Positions 1 through 10,576 of a DNA stretch of 64,000 nt are shown piece by piece. The notes under the pieces are model-generated. The model saw only the letters and a list, made by a program, of their open reading frames with translations. It was not told the DNA's origin and ran no database searches. The position numbers and the translations under genes were made by a program. The DNA lies in assembly GCA_963826185.1 (NCBI GenBank), contig CAWGVY010000004.1, positions 283,487 through 347,486 of the forward strand, read 5' to 3'. Source of the DNA: an uncultured Actinomycetes bacterium. Its GTDB lineage: Bacteria; Actinomycetota; UBA4738; HRBIN12. The stretch's first letter is position 1. The number at the start of each line of letters is the position of its first letter.

Positions 1-92
1 CATGCTACTACGCAAGGCTTCCGGTCTTTGCTGCGGATCGTCCCAACCACTAGGCTCGCTGCGGGTCGTCCACGGTCACGGCGACCCGAACG

Positions 93-800
93 GTGCGATC
101 GGGAGGGACCGTGGAGGATCTCAACAGGGCTGTCGTCGCGGAGTTCATCGGCACCTTCGCGCTGATCTTCTTCGGAGCCGGTGCCGTGATCCTGGCGGGG
201 AACGGACAGCTCGATCTGGTGGGTGTTGCGCTGGCCCATGGTCTGGTGATCGCGGTCATGGTGTCCCAGATGGGGCACCTATCGGGCGGCGTGTTCAACC
301 CGGCGATCCAGATCTCCCTGTGGGTCACGGGCAAGATGCCGTCGGGGCGCACGGTCATCTACATCGTCGCGCAGCTCGCGGGGGCCGTCGCCGCCGCGTT
401 CCTGCTGAAGTTCCTGGTCCCGCGCGAGGCCTACGACGCGGCGGGGGGAGGCGGCGTTGCCCTGTTCCCGAGTCTCGCCGCCGGCAAGGGCATCCTGTTC
501 GAAGCGGTGGGCACCTTCTTCCTGGTATGGGCGGTCTTCGCGACGATCGTGGATGACCGCGGTCCGTTCAACAAGACGGCTGGCTTCACGGTCGGCCTCA
601 CGCTCACGTTCGGGATCTTGGCTGTCGGACCCTGGACGGGAGGCGCCTTCAACCCGGCCCGCTGGTTCGGGCCCGCCCTCGCCACCGGCGACTGGGCGAA
701 CTGGTACGTCTGGATCGTGGGGCCCATCGCGGGCGGGATCATCGCCGGCGTGCTGTACTGGACGGTGTTCCTGCGGGGCAAGGAGCCGGCCACCCCGTAG
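93..800 (+). CDS. MIP-family channel (aquaporin/glycerol facilitator)
   Basis: Two NPA motifs (NPAIQIS, NPARWFG) in six-TM hydrophobic protein of 235 aa; GTG start at 93 (alt GTG 111). Confidence 0.85.
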   Translation: MRSGGTVEDLNRAVVAEFIGTFALIFFGAGAVILAGNGQLDLVGVALAHGLVIAVMVSQMGHLSGGVFNPAIQISLWVTGKMPSGRTVIYIVAQLAGAVAAAFLLKFLVPREAYDAAGGGGVALFPSLAAGKGILFEAVGTFFLVWAVFATIVDDRGPFNKTAGFTVGLTLTFGILAVGPWTGGAFNPARWFGPALATGDWANWYVWIVGPIAGGIIAGVLYWTVFLRGKEPATP

Positions 801-818
801 CGGATCGGAGTCCGCCCG

Positions 819-2012
819 ATGACCCAGGACATCTACCTCGACAACGCCTCGGCCACCCCGGTGCTGCCCGAAGCACGCGAGGCCTGCGTCGCCGCGCTCG
901 ATGCGTTCGGCGATCCCCTCAACATCCACGAGCCGGGCCGTGCCGCACGCCGCGACCTCGACGACGCGCGGGCCGTCGTGGCAGACGCGATCGGCGCCCA
1001 GCCCGATGAGATCGTCTTCACCTCCGGCGGCACGGAAGCCGTCGCCCTTGCGATCTGGGGCGGCGTTCGGGCGATCCGAGAGCTCGGCACACGGGTGGTG
1101 GTGAGCGAGGTCGAGCATCCGTCGGTGGGCGGCGTGGCCAACGTGCTGGAGAGCGATGGCTTCGAACTGATCCGCGTCCCCGTGGACACGTACGGTCGGG
1201 TCGATATGGATCGCTACGCGGCGGAGGTCGCGGTACCGGGCACGCTGCTCGCGAGCGTGCAGCACGCGAACCACGAACTCGGAACGATCCAACCTGTCGC
1301 CGAGGCGGCGCGGCTGGCCCGCGCCCAGCACGTCCGCTTCCATACCGACGCGTGCCAGACCGTGGGACGCCTGCCCGTGGATGTTGGCGCGATGGACGTG
1401 GACTTCCTCTCGCTCTCGGCACACAAGTTCGGAGGCCCCCCGGGCGTCGGGGCCTTGTACGTGCGGAGGGGGGTGGGCGTCACCGCCTATCCGTGCGGGG
1501 ACGATCGCGAGCGGAAGCGCCGATCGGGCATGGAGAACACGCCCGGCATCGCCGGCATGGCCGCGGCGATCACGGCCTCGCTGGCCACCATGGGTGATAG
1601 GGCGGCCGCGCAGTGGGCACTCACCGCCCGGCTGCGCGAGCGCATCGCCGAGACGGTTCCGGGAGCGCACGTGCACGGGCATCCCAATCACCGCACCCCG
1701 CACCTCGTGTGCTTCAGCGTGGACGGCGTCGACGCCTCGACGCTGATGATGGCACTGGACGATCGCGGGTACCGCCTGGGCGCGGGCTCGCTGTGCAGCG
1801 GCCGACCCGAGGACCCCTCGCCGGTACTGGAGGCGATCGGCTACCCCCGGACCTCGGGGTTCCGCGTCGGTTTGGGCCTGGGCTCGACCGGAGGGGATGT
1901 CGATGCCCTGCTGGCCGCGCTGCCGGAGCTCGTGGAGGAGCTGCGCGAGGTGGAGCGCGCCGGCGACGAAGCGCTGGCGCGGTTCAGATCGCCGGCGGAC
2001 GGAGGCGGCTAG
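819..2012 (+). CDS. cysteine desulfurase (class V aminotransferase, IscS/NifS-like)
   Basis: PLP-fold with [19 protein letters not shown] active-site region, ~397 aa. Confidence 0.85.
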   Translation: MTQDIYLDNASATPVLPEAREACVAALDAFGDPLNIHEPGRAARRDLDDARAVVADAIGAQPDEIVFTSGGTEAVALAIWGGVRAIRELGTRVVVSEVEHPSVGGVANVLESDGFELIRVPVDTYGRVDMDRYAAEVAVPGTLLASVQHANHELGTIQPVAEAARLARAQHVRFHTDACQTVGRLPVDVGAMDVDFLSLSAHKFGGPPGVGALYVRRGVGVTAYPCGDDRERKRRSGMENTPGIAGMAAAITASLATMGDRAAAQWALTARLRERIAETVPGAHVHGHPNHRTPHLVCFSVDGVDASTLMMALDDRGYRLGAGSLCSGRPEDPSPVLEAIGYPRTSGFRVGLGLGSTGGDVDALLAALPELVEELREVERAGDEALARFRSPADGGG

Positions 2013-3019
2013 GCCACCGTCCAGATGTCGCCGCCATGCAGGAGCTTCTCCAGGCTCCCCTTGCCCAGACGCTCGGTGGCGCTCACGAGCTGGGCGGCCA
2101 TCGCCTCCCCGTACACGGGGCGCTCGAACTCGCGGAACACCCCGAAGCAGGTGGCTTCATGCGGCCCCAGGGAAAGGTGCGCCAGTCCGAACGGGAGCGA
2201 CGGACGACCGCCGGCCTGGTGCACCACGATCCGTTCCGCGGGGACGTCGGCCACGTTATGCACCTGCAGCCGGCCGTTGTCGCCCACGATCACGCACTTG
2301 TTCCCCTCGTCGAAGATGATCGGCTCGCCGTCGACCAGCCGGATCTGATGGTGAACCCCTTCGGGCTTCTCACGCAGCAGATCGAAGGCCCCGTCGTTGA
2401 AGACGTTGCAGTTCTGGTAGATCTCGACGAACGACGTCCCGCGGTGTGCCGCCGCTTTGCGCAGGACCTCGGTGAGGTGCTGGCGGTCGTTGTCGATCGT
2501 TCGCGCTACGAACGAAGCCTCGGCGCCCAGGGCCACGGCGATCGGATTGAAGGGGTGATCCACGGAGCCGAACGGTGTCGACTTCGTGATCTTGCCCTCC
2601 TCGCTGGTGGGCGAGTACTGGCCTTTCGTCAGGCCATAGATCTGGTTGTTGAACAGCAGGATCTTGATGTTCACATTGCGCCGGAGCGCGTGGATCAGGT
2701 GATTCCCGCCGATCGACAGACCGTCGCCGTCGCCAGTGATCACGAACACGTTGAGATCCGGGTTCGCGGTGGCGATCCCGGTGGCGATCGCCGGCGCCCG
2801 GCCGTGGATCCCGTGCACCCCGTAGGTGTCCATGTAGTAGGTGAACCGGCCGCTGCACCCGATCCCGCTCACGAACACGGTCTTGTGGGGCTCGATCCCC
2901 AGCTCAGGCATGAAGCTCTGCACGGCGGACAGGATCGCGTAGTCCCCGCAGCCCGGGCACCAGCGCACCTCCTGATCCGAGCCGAAGTCCTTCTTCGTCA
3001 GCGTCGTGGTGTCACTCAT
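2009..3019 (-). CDS. korB: 2-oxoglutarate:ferredoxin oxidoreductase beta subunit (TPP-binding)
   Basis: CPGCGDY...GIGCSGR TPP-binding motif; start MSDTTTL at 3019 overlaps korA stop by 8 nt. Confidence 0.85.
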   Translation of the reverse strand: MSDTTTLTKKDFGSDQEVRWCPGCGDYAILSAVQSFMPELGIEPHKTVFVSGIGCSGRFTYYMDTYGVHGIHGRAPAIATGIATANPDLNVFVITGDGDGLSIGGNHLIHALRRNVNIKILLFNNQIYGLTKGQYSPTSEEGKITKSTPFGSVDHPFNPIAVALGAEASFVARTIDNDRQHLTEVLRKAAAHRGTSFVEIYQNCNVFNDGAFDLLREKPEGVHHQIRLVDGEPIIFDEGNKCVIVGDNGRLQVHNVADVPAERIVVHQAGGRPSLPFGLAHLSLGPHEATCFGVFREFERPVYGEAMAAQLVSATERLGKGSLEKLLHGGDIWTVA

Positions 3020-4907
3020 CCAGCACCCTCGCGATCTCGTGCTCCAGGTCTTCCGCGAAGATCGGGAGTCCCTGGACCTTCGTGAAGCTCCGTGCGTCCA
3101 CCAGGAACTTGGCACGGATCAGCATCGCCAGCTGCCCCAGGTTCATCTCCGGGATCAGGACCTTGGGGTAGGCGGTGACCACCTCGCCGGTGTTGGCCGG
3201 GAAGGGGTTGAGGTGGCGCAGGTGGGCGCTGGCGACCTTGCGACCCCCTTCACGGATGCGCCGGGTCGCGGCCCGGATGGTGCCCAGCGACGAGCCCCAT
3301 CCCAGGACCAGCAGCTCGGCGTCGCCATCGGGGTCATCCACCTCCAGGAGAGGGATGTCATCGGCGATCCCGTCCACCTTCGCCTGGCGGAGCAGCGTCA
3401 TGTGCTCATGGTTCTGCGGGTCGTAGCTGATGTTGCCGGTGAGGTGCTCGCGCTCCAGACCGCCGATACGATGGACCAGGCCCGGCGTGCCCGGCACGGC
3501 CCATGGGCGGGAGAGCCGATCGTCCCTGGCGTAGGGCAGGAACTCGCCGCCGTTCGCCTGTGCGAAGTTCGGATCGATCGTGGGGAGGGCGTCCACGTCC
3601 GGAAGCTTCCACGGCTCCGACGAGTTCGACAGGAAGGTGTCGGAGAGCAAGATCACAGGTGTGCGGTAACGCACGGCGATCCGCGCCGCCTCCACCGCGG
3701 TCGCGAAGCAATCCGCCGGCGAACAGGCCGCTACGATCGGCAGCGGCGACTCGCCGTGGCGCCCGAACATCGCCAGGAGCAGGTCGCCCTGCTCGGTCTT
3801 GGTGGGCAGACCGGTTGAGGGTCCGCCGCGCTGCACATCCACCACGATCAGCGGCAGCTCCATGATCACGGCCAGCCCCAGGGTCTCGGCCTTTAGGTCC
3901 ATCCCCGGACCGCTGGTTCCTGTCACGGCCAGCTGACCGGCGAACGCCGCGCCCAGGGCCACGTTGGCGGCCGCGATCTCGTCCTCGGCCTGCAGGGTGA
4001 TCACACCGAAGTTCTTGTGCCGACTCAGCTCGTGCAGGAGCTCGGAGGCGGGCGTGATCGGATAGCTCGCGTAGAACAAAGGAAGACCGCTGCGCTCGGA
4101 GGCCGCTATCAGGCCCCACGAAAGGGCCGTCGAACCGGCGATATTGCGGTACGTGCCCGGCTCCGCCGGTGCCGCGCCCACGGAATAGGAGTGGGCGAAC
4201 AGCTCGGTGGTCTCGCCGAAGTTGAAGCCGGCCTTGAACGCCGCCACGTTGGCATCGAAGATCTCCGGCCGGCCGCCGAACTTGCGCTCCAGCCAGTTGA
4301 TCGTGGTCTCCGTAGGTCGGCCGAACATCCACGAGACCAGCCCCAACGCGAACATGTTCTTCGCGCGCTCGGCCTCCTTCTTGCCGATCCCCAGATCCTC
4401 GGTGGCACGTACCGTGATGGACGTCATCGGCACCTTGAAGACCTGGTAGCCCTCCAGGCTGCCGTCGGAGGTTGGGTCGTTCTCATACCCCGCCTTCTGG
4501 ATGTTGCGGGTGGTGAAGGCATCCTCGTTCAGGATCAGCGTTCCGCCCTTCTCGACCGTCCCCAGGTCCGCCTTCAGGGCGGCTGGGTTCATCGCTATGA
4601 GCACGTTGGCGTGATCCCCAGGCGTGGTGATGTCGGTGGAGGCGAACTGGATCTGGAAGGCCGACACGCCATGGACGGTTCCGGCGGGAGCGCGGATCTC
4701 CGCCGGGAAGTCCGGGAGGGTGGCGAGGTCGTTGCCCAGGACCGCGGTGGCGGAGGTGAACCGGTCGCCGGTGAGCTGCATCCCGTCACCCGAGTCGCCG
4801 GCGAAGCGGATGACGAGGCGTTCTTTCTCTTCGACGGTCTTCGTCACATGCCCTAGGGTATCGCCTCCCTCGCGCACCAACGGCTCTGGCGGGGAGATTC
4901 TCCGCAT
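3012..4907 (-). CDS. korA: 2-oxoglutarate:ferredoxin oxidoreductase alpha subunit (fused alpha/gamma)
   Basis: 630-aa 2-oxoacid:ferredoxin oxidoreductase alpha-type protein directly upstream of korB; start uncertain (ATG 4907, alt GTG 4847). Confidence 0.85.
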   Translation of the reverse strand: MRRISPPEPLVREGGDTLGHVTKTVEEKERLVIRFAGDSGDGMQLTGDRFTSATAVLGNDLATLPDFPAEIRAPAGTVHGVSAFQIQFASTDITTPGDHANVLIAMNPAALKADLGTVEKGGTLILNEDAFTTRNIQKAGYENDPTSDGSLEGYQVFKVPMTSITVRATEDLGIGKKEAERAKNMFALGLVSWMFGRPTETTINWLERKFGGRPEIFDANVAAFKAGFNFGETTELFAHSYSVGAAPAEPGTYRNIAGSTALSWGLIAASERSGLPLFYASYPITPASELLHELSRHKNFGVITLQAEDEIAAANVALGAAFAGQLAVTGTSGPGMDLKAETLGLAVIMELPLIVVDVQRGGPSTGLPTKTEQGDLLLAMFGRHGESPLPIVAACSPADCFATAVEAARIAVRYRTPVILLSDTFLSNSSEPWKLPDVDALPTIDPNFAQANGGEFLPYARDDRLSRPWAVPGTPGLVHRIGGLEREHLTGNISYDPQNHEHMTLLRQAKVDGIADDIPLLEVDDPDGDAELLVLGWGSSLGTIRAATRRIREGGRKVASAHLRHLNPFPANTGEVVTAYPKVLIPEMNLGQLAMLIRAKFLVDARSFTKVQGLPIFAEDLEHEIARVLDE

Positions 4908-5457
4908 GCACGCAACATCGCTCGGGTCGAGATGGCCGGTCTCACCTGCAACTTCGAAGGTGGGCCCGGGGTTGCGCGATACGCCTTGGGCATTTCTTGG
5001 GCAAATCCGAAATCGCGCGGCTATCGGTTCCTGGCGCTCAGCCCTTCATCCCAACCCAGCGATCTGAGCGATCGCACCAATCCGTCCCGCTGGTTTCTGC
5101 ACCCCAGCGTGATTCCGCCAGGATCTCCTCATCAATCTCGTCGCGGATGGCCTCGTCCATGATCGATGGAACCGGACCCGGACCCGAGGACGTCGAGCGC
5201 AGGTTCACGTTGACATCGCCGGCGAAGCCTCGGGGTCAGCAAGGACCTCGACATGAACCAGCACGTCGAAGGCCGCTGGACTGGCCGGGTCGTCACGGTT
5301 GCGGACTCACAAACGAAGTCCGGCACCTCCTTGCGCAGCCACCGCATCCAGTATCTGGAAGTCGAGATCGACTAGTGGTCCCTCTGCCAGGAACTCTCAG
5401 AGGCACCAGCGCAGAAGCTAAGGATGCCAAGCGTGCGCTCGTCGATGAGGCGAGCGG

Positions 5458-6558
5458 CTAGTTCCTCGGCGAAGCTGTCTCGATTCCATGAGAAGTCGAA
5501 AGGTCCAAAGAAATAGCCTCGACGAGGCGGTCGAGTGAGCGATCCAGCTCCCTCTCGGTCGTGCGCCGGACACGTCGCCCCTTCAGCCCTTTCTCCGGCA
5601 TCGCGACTGTCACCCGGAGTTCGGTCGATCCGTCCACGGGTTCCAAGCTGTAGGTGGTGAGCGTTTCGTCGGCGAACGGTGGGTGCGTGCTTTGGACGGT
5701 GAAGTAGTCGAAAGGCCGCCAGTCCAGAACGGTCGTCACGACCGACGTCGTTCCCTGCAGGCAATAGCTGACCTCTCCTACCCCACTTCGGCCACCGGGA
5801 AGGACTTTCGGATCGACGACTAGTTCCTCCCACCGGAGACGCCTGCCGGGATCATTCAGCCACTCCCACACCACCGCCACGGGCGCGGGGACGTTTCTCC
5901 CAACGGAGACATCTGCCTCACCCTCAGGCACGACGACCCGTCGGGCCTCGATGAACTCACGGTAGTGCGCATCGAGGTCGACGCTGGCGGTCCCCACCTG
6001 CCCGAGGTCGTAGCTTTCCCTTCCCAGATGGAGCCCCTCCGCGCGTATCTCAAGATGCTCGATCGCGTCATCGCTGAACAGCGCGTACCCGCGCCATTCG
6101 GTCTCTGCGGCCACCTCGTTCTTGAGGAGCCGGTGAGCAAGCGCAATATCCTTCCCGACAAGCTCCTCGTGTCCGGCGACCCGATGCATCCGGTACTCGC
6201 CGTGGTGGACGACGAACTTCAAGTCCAGGGTTGGGGACCTCCGGCAGGCGGCGCAGTCACACATGTTGCGCTCGATGGCTCTGATCCTGTCGCGGAAGGC
6301 CACATAGGCGTTCTCGATCAGCTCCAGCAGCGTCTCACCCCTGAAGAACACGCTCTCAGGTGCATGGGCAAAGACCGCATCGCCTTCAAGCTTGGAGAGC
6401 TGAAGCGGAGGTTGTAGATGGGCGACGATCAGCTCCAGCAGCTCTGTGAGGACCTGCGGCGAGTGTTCAAGCTCCGTCGTGGCGAGGTAGGAGCTGTACC
6501 CCGAGATGTCGGCGATCACCAGATAACCCTTGATCGTCGAAGTCGCTGCGTCCTGCAT
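5458..6558 (-). CDS. cyclase-homology (DUF2652-like) domain fused to SRPBCC/START-like domain protein
   Basis: N-terminal VIADISGYSSYL / KLEGDAVFA / VVHHGEY motifs resemble class III nucleotidyl cyclase fold; C-terminal ~150 aa resembles polyketide-cyclase/SRPBCC ligand-binding domain; ATG at 6558. Confidence 0.45.
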   Translation of the reverse strand: MQDAATSTIKGYLVIADISGYSSYLATTELEHSPQVLTELLELIVAHLQPPLQLSKLEGDAVFAHAPESVFFRGETLLELIENAYVAFRDRIRAIERNMCDCAACRRSPTLDLKFVVHHGEYRMHRVAGHEELVGKDIALAHRLLKNEVAAETEWRGYALFSDDAIEHLEIRAEGLHLGRESYDLGQVGTASVDLDAHYREFIEARRVVVPEGEADVSVGRNVPAPVAVVWEWLNDPGRRLRWEELVVDPKVLPGGRSGVGEVSYCLQGTTSVVTTVLDWRPFDYFTVQSTHPPFADETLTTYSLEPVDGSTELRVTVAMPEKGLKGRRVRRTTERELDRSLDRLVEAISLDLSTSHGIETASPRN

Positions 6559-6658
6559 GGCCCAACTGTAGGCCGTCCCCTGGATCAGACTCAAGCACGA
6601 CGTCCTGGTCCGTTCGACGGGATCCGCGGACTGATCTACGATTCGATCACTTCCGCTG

Positions 6659-7054
6659 GTGGAGGAGGGCCTCATGCTTGACCAGTTCCGCGTCTACGCG
6701 ATCCTTCCTGCGGCCGACCTAGAGCGGGCGAAGTCCTGGTGGCAAGAGAAGGTCGGCATGTCTCCTACCAAGGAAGATCCCGGAGGGCTCTGGTACGCGT
6801 GCGCGGATGGCACCTGGGTCGCCGTCACGAGGAGCGGGTTCGCGGGCACAGCCGGGAACACCGCTGTGAGCTTCTCAGTCAGCGGCATCGACCAGGTGAT
6901 GCAGGAATTGAGAGAGCGAGGCGTGGTCTTCGAGGAGTACGACCTTCCCCAGTTCAAGACGACCGATGGCCTCTTCGAGATGGGCGGCTACAAGGCGGCC
7001 TGGTTCAAGGACAGCGAGGGCAACATCGTGGAGATCGCAGAAGTCCCCTCCTGA
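6659..7054 (+). CDS. VOC (glyoxalase/bleomycin-resistance) family protein
   Basis: 131-aa protein with typical VOC-fold N-terminus (FRVYAILPAADLERAKSWW). Confidence 0.6.
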   Translation: MEEGLMLDQFRVYAILPAADLERAKSWWQEKVGMSPTKEDPGGLWYACADGTWVAVTRSGFAGTAGNTAVSFSVSGIDQVMQELRERGVVFEEYDLPQFKTTDGLFEMGGYKAAWFKDSEGNIVEIAEVPS

Positions 7055-7142
7055 TCTCGTTCTTGGGAGGGCGCGGCTACGCAATTCGAAAGGGGTAAGG
7101 ATTGGCAAAGCTTCGAAGTCAAGCGCCTCAGACCACGTTGAG

Positions 7143-7538
7143 ATGGAGGGGTTTGAGGGGCACTACGCGGAGATCGGTGGGAACTCAGTGGGATGGGAAA
7201 CCTACACGGCCGACGCCGACCTCACGCCGCTGTTCAAGGGTTTGCCAGATGACCGCTGCCAGTGCGAGCACTGGGGCTACGTCTTTGAAGGGAAACTCGT
7301 TTTCCACACTGCCGAGGGTGACCAGGAGTTCGTGGAAGGGGAGGCTTACTTCGTGGGCCCCGGCCACACTCCCTCCATCTTCTCGGGAACCTCGCTAGTC
7401 GAGTTCAGTCCGACCTCGCGAAGTCTTTCCTGGCCTCACCGTCCCATCTGGCGCTCAGTGAGGACCGTCAGGCGAAGGTTCGGTCCACCTTGGACGCTCA
7501 ATCCTGACTGCGCGCCTCGATCTCGAACCGCGTCCTGA
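7143..7538 (+). CDS. cupin domain protein
   Basis: Small beta-barrel cupin-like sequence (GKLVFHTAEGDQEFVEGEAYFVGPGHTP); ATG 7143 chosen inside longer ORF. Confidence 0.5.
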   Translation: MEGFEGHYAEIGGNSVGWETYTADADLTPLFKGLPDDRCQCEHWGYVFEGKLVFHTAEGDQEFVEGEAYFVGPGHTPSIFSGTSLVEFSPTSRSLSWPHRPIWRSVRTVRRRFGPPWTLNPDCAPRSRTAS

Positions 7539-7895
7539 GGTCGTAGTCGGCTTCCAGCTCCATCATCAGATCGGCCGAACCAGGCTGGCGCTCTAGCTCC
7601 GGATCATGGTGGCCCGTTCGGCCGAGGTGGACATCAGATAGTCCAAGAGTTGCTCGCGGGCTTCTTCCGGGATCGCGAACGGTCCACGTCGCCACCCTAT
7701 CGGCATCGACCGATCCCCCCGGCCCGGGCCAATGGGACGCCTCCACCATCCGCCGCCACAGTTCGGGTCCGGGCGTGTACTGGCCGTCGAGGAGCGCCTC
7801 GTAACCCCACTCTGGGTCCACGAGAAGCCGCCCACTCGGAATGCCAAACTAGGGCCGAGATTCGACTAGCTGGCAAGGAGGTACTCCTGTTCGTC

Positions 7896-8175
7896 ATGAT
7901 CGTGGAAGGCGCCGGTCGAGACCGCTCGCGAGGACGATCTGCGCACGGCCTGGAAGGAAACTGCCGCCGGTCCACTGCCGGCAGGGTTCATCGAGTCGTC
8001 CCTCTTGCGAGCCGAGGACGGGACCTGGCGGATCGTCAAGGCATGGGATTCCAAGGAAGCCGTGATGACGATGCGAGCATCGGGTGGGCCGCCCGCGCTG
8101 AGGATGTTTGAGCAAGCGGGGTCCAAGCCATCGGTGTCGATGTTGACCGTAGAGGCTCGGGTCAGCGCCACGTAG
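7896..8175 (+). pseudogene. possible frame-disrupted ABM (antibiotic biosynthesis monooxygenase)-like small ORF
   Basis: AAGGAGG then ATG 7896 (MIVEGA...) in frame 0, but the protein-like continuation (DDLRTAWKETAAGPLPAGFIESSLLRAEDGTWRIVKAWDSKEAV...) is in frame +1 from ~7900 to TAG 8173-8175 with no start codon. Confidence 0.2.
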
Positions 8176-8461
8176 CAAACCAATTCCGGCTCGCCTTGCG
8201 TCGAGCCAGCGTGCCGTCGAGGCGTTATCTGAGCAGGTCGAGCTCAGACCGCATGTCAGACCCTCGTGGTTGGCTCTGGCCATGACGCCGCTGCAAGTAG
8301 CGCTCCTGGATCTCGGAGCCATCGCTGCCGTCCTCGGAGCCATCACCGGGTTAGCGTTCCTGCTGGACCGCCTTGAGCACTGGTCACGAAGGTCTGCCGC
8401 GCGGCACTGATCGGAATCGCTTGGGGAAGAGACTCCGGTCGGAAACGCGGCATCGCCGGAT

Positions 8462-8498
8462 GGGGAGACGGTGGATCACCTGGCCTCACCGTCTCCCC
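8462..8498. repeat. perfect 12-bp-stem hairpin flanked by 12-bp direct repeat GGATGGGGAGAC (8458-8469, 8516-8527)
   Basis: GGGGAGACGGTG-13 nt loop-CACCGTCTCCCC seen directly; lies ~80 nt downstream of the VOC gene stop on the minus strand. Confidence 0.4.
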
Positions 8499-8577
8499 TA
8501 ACGGCGCTTATCGATGGATGGGGAGACTTCCACCTAACTAAGCAGCCGAGATCGGCTCCCTTGAGCAGCGAGCCGGG

Positions 8578-8988
8578 TCATGCCTTCGCAGCGATATTGA
8601 CCATCCAGTTGATGCCGAACCGATCGATGCACATGCCGTACTCGTCGCCCCACATCTGCTTCTCCAGAGGCATCGTCACGGTGCCGCCATCGACGAGCTT
8701 CTCCCAGTACCCACGGAGCTCGTCAGCATCGTCGCCGCTCACCGAGATCGAGATGTTGTCCCCGAAGGTCGCCGAGCCGCCAGGTGGTCCGTCGGAGGCC
8801 ATCAGCGTGAACCCACCGTCGGTCTCGAGCAAGGCATGCATCGTGTTGTCGGCAACGGAGGGGTCATCGACTCCGGACTCGCCGAAGCTCGTGACGTTCA
8901 GGGAGCCTCCGAAGACCTCCTCATAGAACTCCATCGCCTCACGGGCGTTGCCATCGAACCTCATGTACGGATTCAGACGGGACGGCAT
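8578..8988 (-). CDS. VOC family protein (PhnB-like glyoxalase fold)
   Basis: MPSRLNPYMRFDGNAREAMEFYEEVFGG... typical PhnB/3-demethylubiquinone MT-like VOC; ATG 8988 with GGAGGTGGAG RBS. Confidence 0.6.
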   Translation of the reverse strand: MPSRLNPYMRFDGNAREAMEFYEEVFGGSLNVTSFGESGVDDPSVADNTMHALLETDGGFTLMASDGPPGGSATFGDNISISVSGDDADELRGYWEKLVDGGTVTMPLEKQMWGDEYGMCIDRFGINWMVNIAAKA

Positions 8989-9192
8989 GCCTCCACCTCC
9001 GGCTCGATCGGGTACCTGATCCGACGGTAGGTCAGAACGTGGCGTTCGGTCAAAACGGGCGGGTGGTTCGCCACAAGGGTCACCTCTAGGCGCGCACCTG
9101 ACCTGAAGCGATACCTCCCGCACGTCACCGCAGGTCACGGCACGCCACGCTTCGTTGACGGCGCCGTTCGAACGTGGGATTGGGGCCCGCTC

Positions 9193-9555
9193 CTAGCGGG
9201 GCTTCGCGTACTCCTTCATGTGTTCGGAGAAGTCCAGTCCCACGTAGGGCTCGTCACCGACGACCCACGCATCGTGGCCGGGTTCGATGACGTAACCGTC
9301 GCCCGCACCGATCTGCACCTCGGTGCCGTCCTCAGCCTGGACGTTCAGCGTCCCTGACAGACAGTACCCCTTGTGCAGGATCATGCACAGGTCCGTGCCC
9401 GCGATGGGCTTGACGTCGTTCGACCAACGCCAGCCGGGCTCCATCCGGGTCCGCGCCAACATCGTGGATCCGATCGTGACCATGGCGCCCGACCCGTTCG
9501 GGAACTCGCGGGTCTCGTCCGGCTTGTCGAGGCTCTTCGTCGTGACGGTGCCCAT
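9193..9555 (-). CDS. cupin domain protein
   Basis: Cupin-like 121-aa protein; ATG 9555 preceded by GGGAGG. Confidence 0.5.
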   Translation of the reverse strand: MGTVTTKSLDKPDETREFPNGSGAMVTIGSTMLARTRMEPGWRWSNDVKPIAGTDLCMILHKGYCLSGTLNVQAEDGTEVQIGAGDGYVIEPGHDAWVVGDEPYVGLDFSEHMKEYAKPR

Positions 9556-9649
9556 ACCTACCAACCTCCCCTTTCGTGGACCCTTCCACCGTAGACCCCT
9601 GTCGCCGTTTTCGGTACCGGTCACGCGCGTTCGGCGATAGATTCTCCAC

Positions 9650-10576
9650 ATGGAGACCAAGCGGCTCGGCTCAGCGGGACCTGACCTGTCAGTGATCGGC
9701 TACGGCGCGTGGGAGGCGGGCGGTGCCGACTGGGGACCGAACGACTCCGAGGAATCCGTGATCGAGGCGATGCGTGCCTCGATCGTCGCCGGCTGCAACT
9801 GGATCGACACCGCGGAGGTCTACGGGATGGGCGTCAGCGAGCGACTGGTGGGGCGGGCGGTCGCCGATCGACGCGACGACGTCCTGATCGCCACCAAGGT
9901 GGCCCCTGCCGACGAGGGGTCCGGCTTCCGCCCGGAGCAGGTGCGACAGGCGTGCGAGGATTCCCTGCGGCGCCTGGACACGGACCGCATCGATCTGTAC
10001 CAGCTGCACTGGCCCGATGAGACAGGGGTCCCCTTGGAAGACACCTGGGGGGCCATGGCCGAGCTCGTGACCGCAGGCAAGGTTCGCTGCCTCGGCGTGT
10101 CGAACTTCGATCGGCCCCAGATCGAGCGATGCGAGGCGATCCGCCACGTGGACTCCCTGCAGCAGCAGTTCTCGATGCTGGCGTTGGACGACCGTGAGTT
10201 GATCGCCTGGTGCGGCGAGGTGGGCACGGGCGTCGTGACCTACGGACCCCTCGGGTTCGGATTGCTGGCGGGCATGTCCCGGGAGCAGGCCGAGTCCGTG
10301 GATGACTGGCGGTCGGGGTCCGAGGGACCGTTCACGCGGACAGAACTCGTCCGGGCGTACGCGCTGTTGGAACGACTCACGCCGGTCGCCGACCGGCTCG
10401 GCGTCTCGACGGCCCAACTGGCTCTGGCGTGGAACTGGCAGCAGCCCGGAGTGACCTCCGCGATCGCGGGCAGCCGCAACGCCGCCCACGTCCGCGCGAA
10501 CGCCGAGGCGGGCGATCTGGCGTTGGACGAGAAGACCCTGGCGGAGGTGGACGCCCTCCTGGTCGAAGGCGCTTAG
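9650..10576 (+). CDS. aldo/keto reductase
   Basis: AKR signature regions (IDTAEVYG, LYQLHWPD, GVSNF) across 308 aa. Confidence 0.85.
   Translation: METKRLGSAGPDLSVIGYGAWEAGGADWGPNDSEESVIEAMRASIVAGCNWIDTAEVYGMGVSERLVGRAVADRRDDVLIATKVAPADEGSGFRPEQVRQACEDSLRRLDTDRIDLYQLHWPDETGVPLEDTWGAMAELVTAGKVRCLGVSNFDRPQIERCEAIRHVDSLQQQFSMLALDDRELIAWCGEVGTGVVTYGPLGFGLLAGMSREQAESVDDWRSGSEGPFTRTELVRAYALLERLTPVADRLGVSTAQLALAWNWQQPGVTSAIAGSRNAAHVRANAEAGDLALDEKTLAEVDALLVEGA

Noticed and set aside
101-111. GGGAGGG as RBS for an internal GTG (111) start of the aquaporin
   Set aside because: The spacing of 3 nt is too short, so the upstream GTG at 93 was retained although it lacks an RBS. The start remains uncertain.
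279-3085. Long antisense ORFs (279-1703 minus, 1613-3085 plus) overlapping the aquaporin, cysteine desulfurase and korB genes
   Set aside because: Arg/Pro/Gly-rich low-complexity translations typical of out-of-frame high-GC sequence. True genes with clear motifs occupy the other strand or frame.
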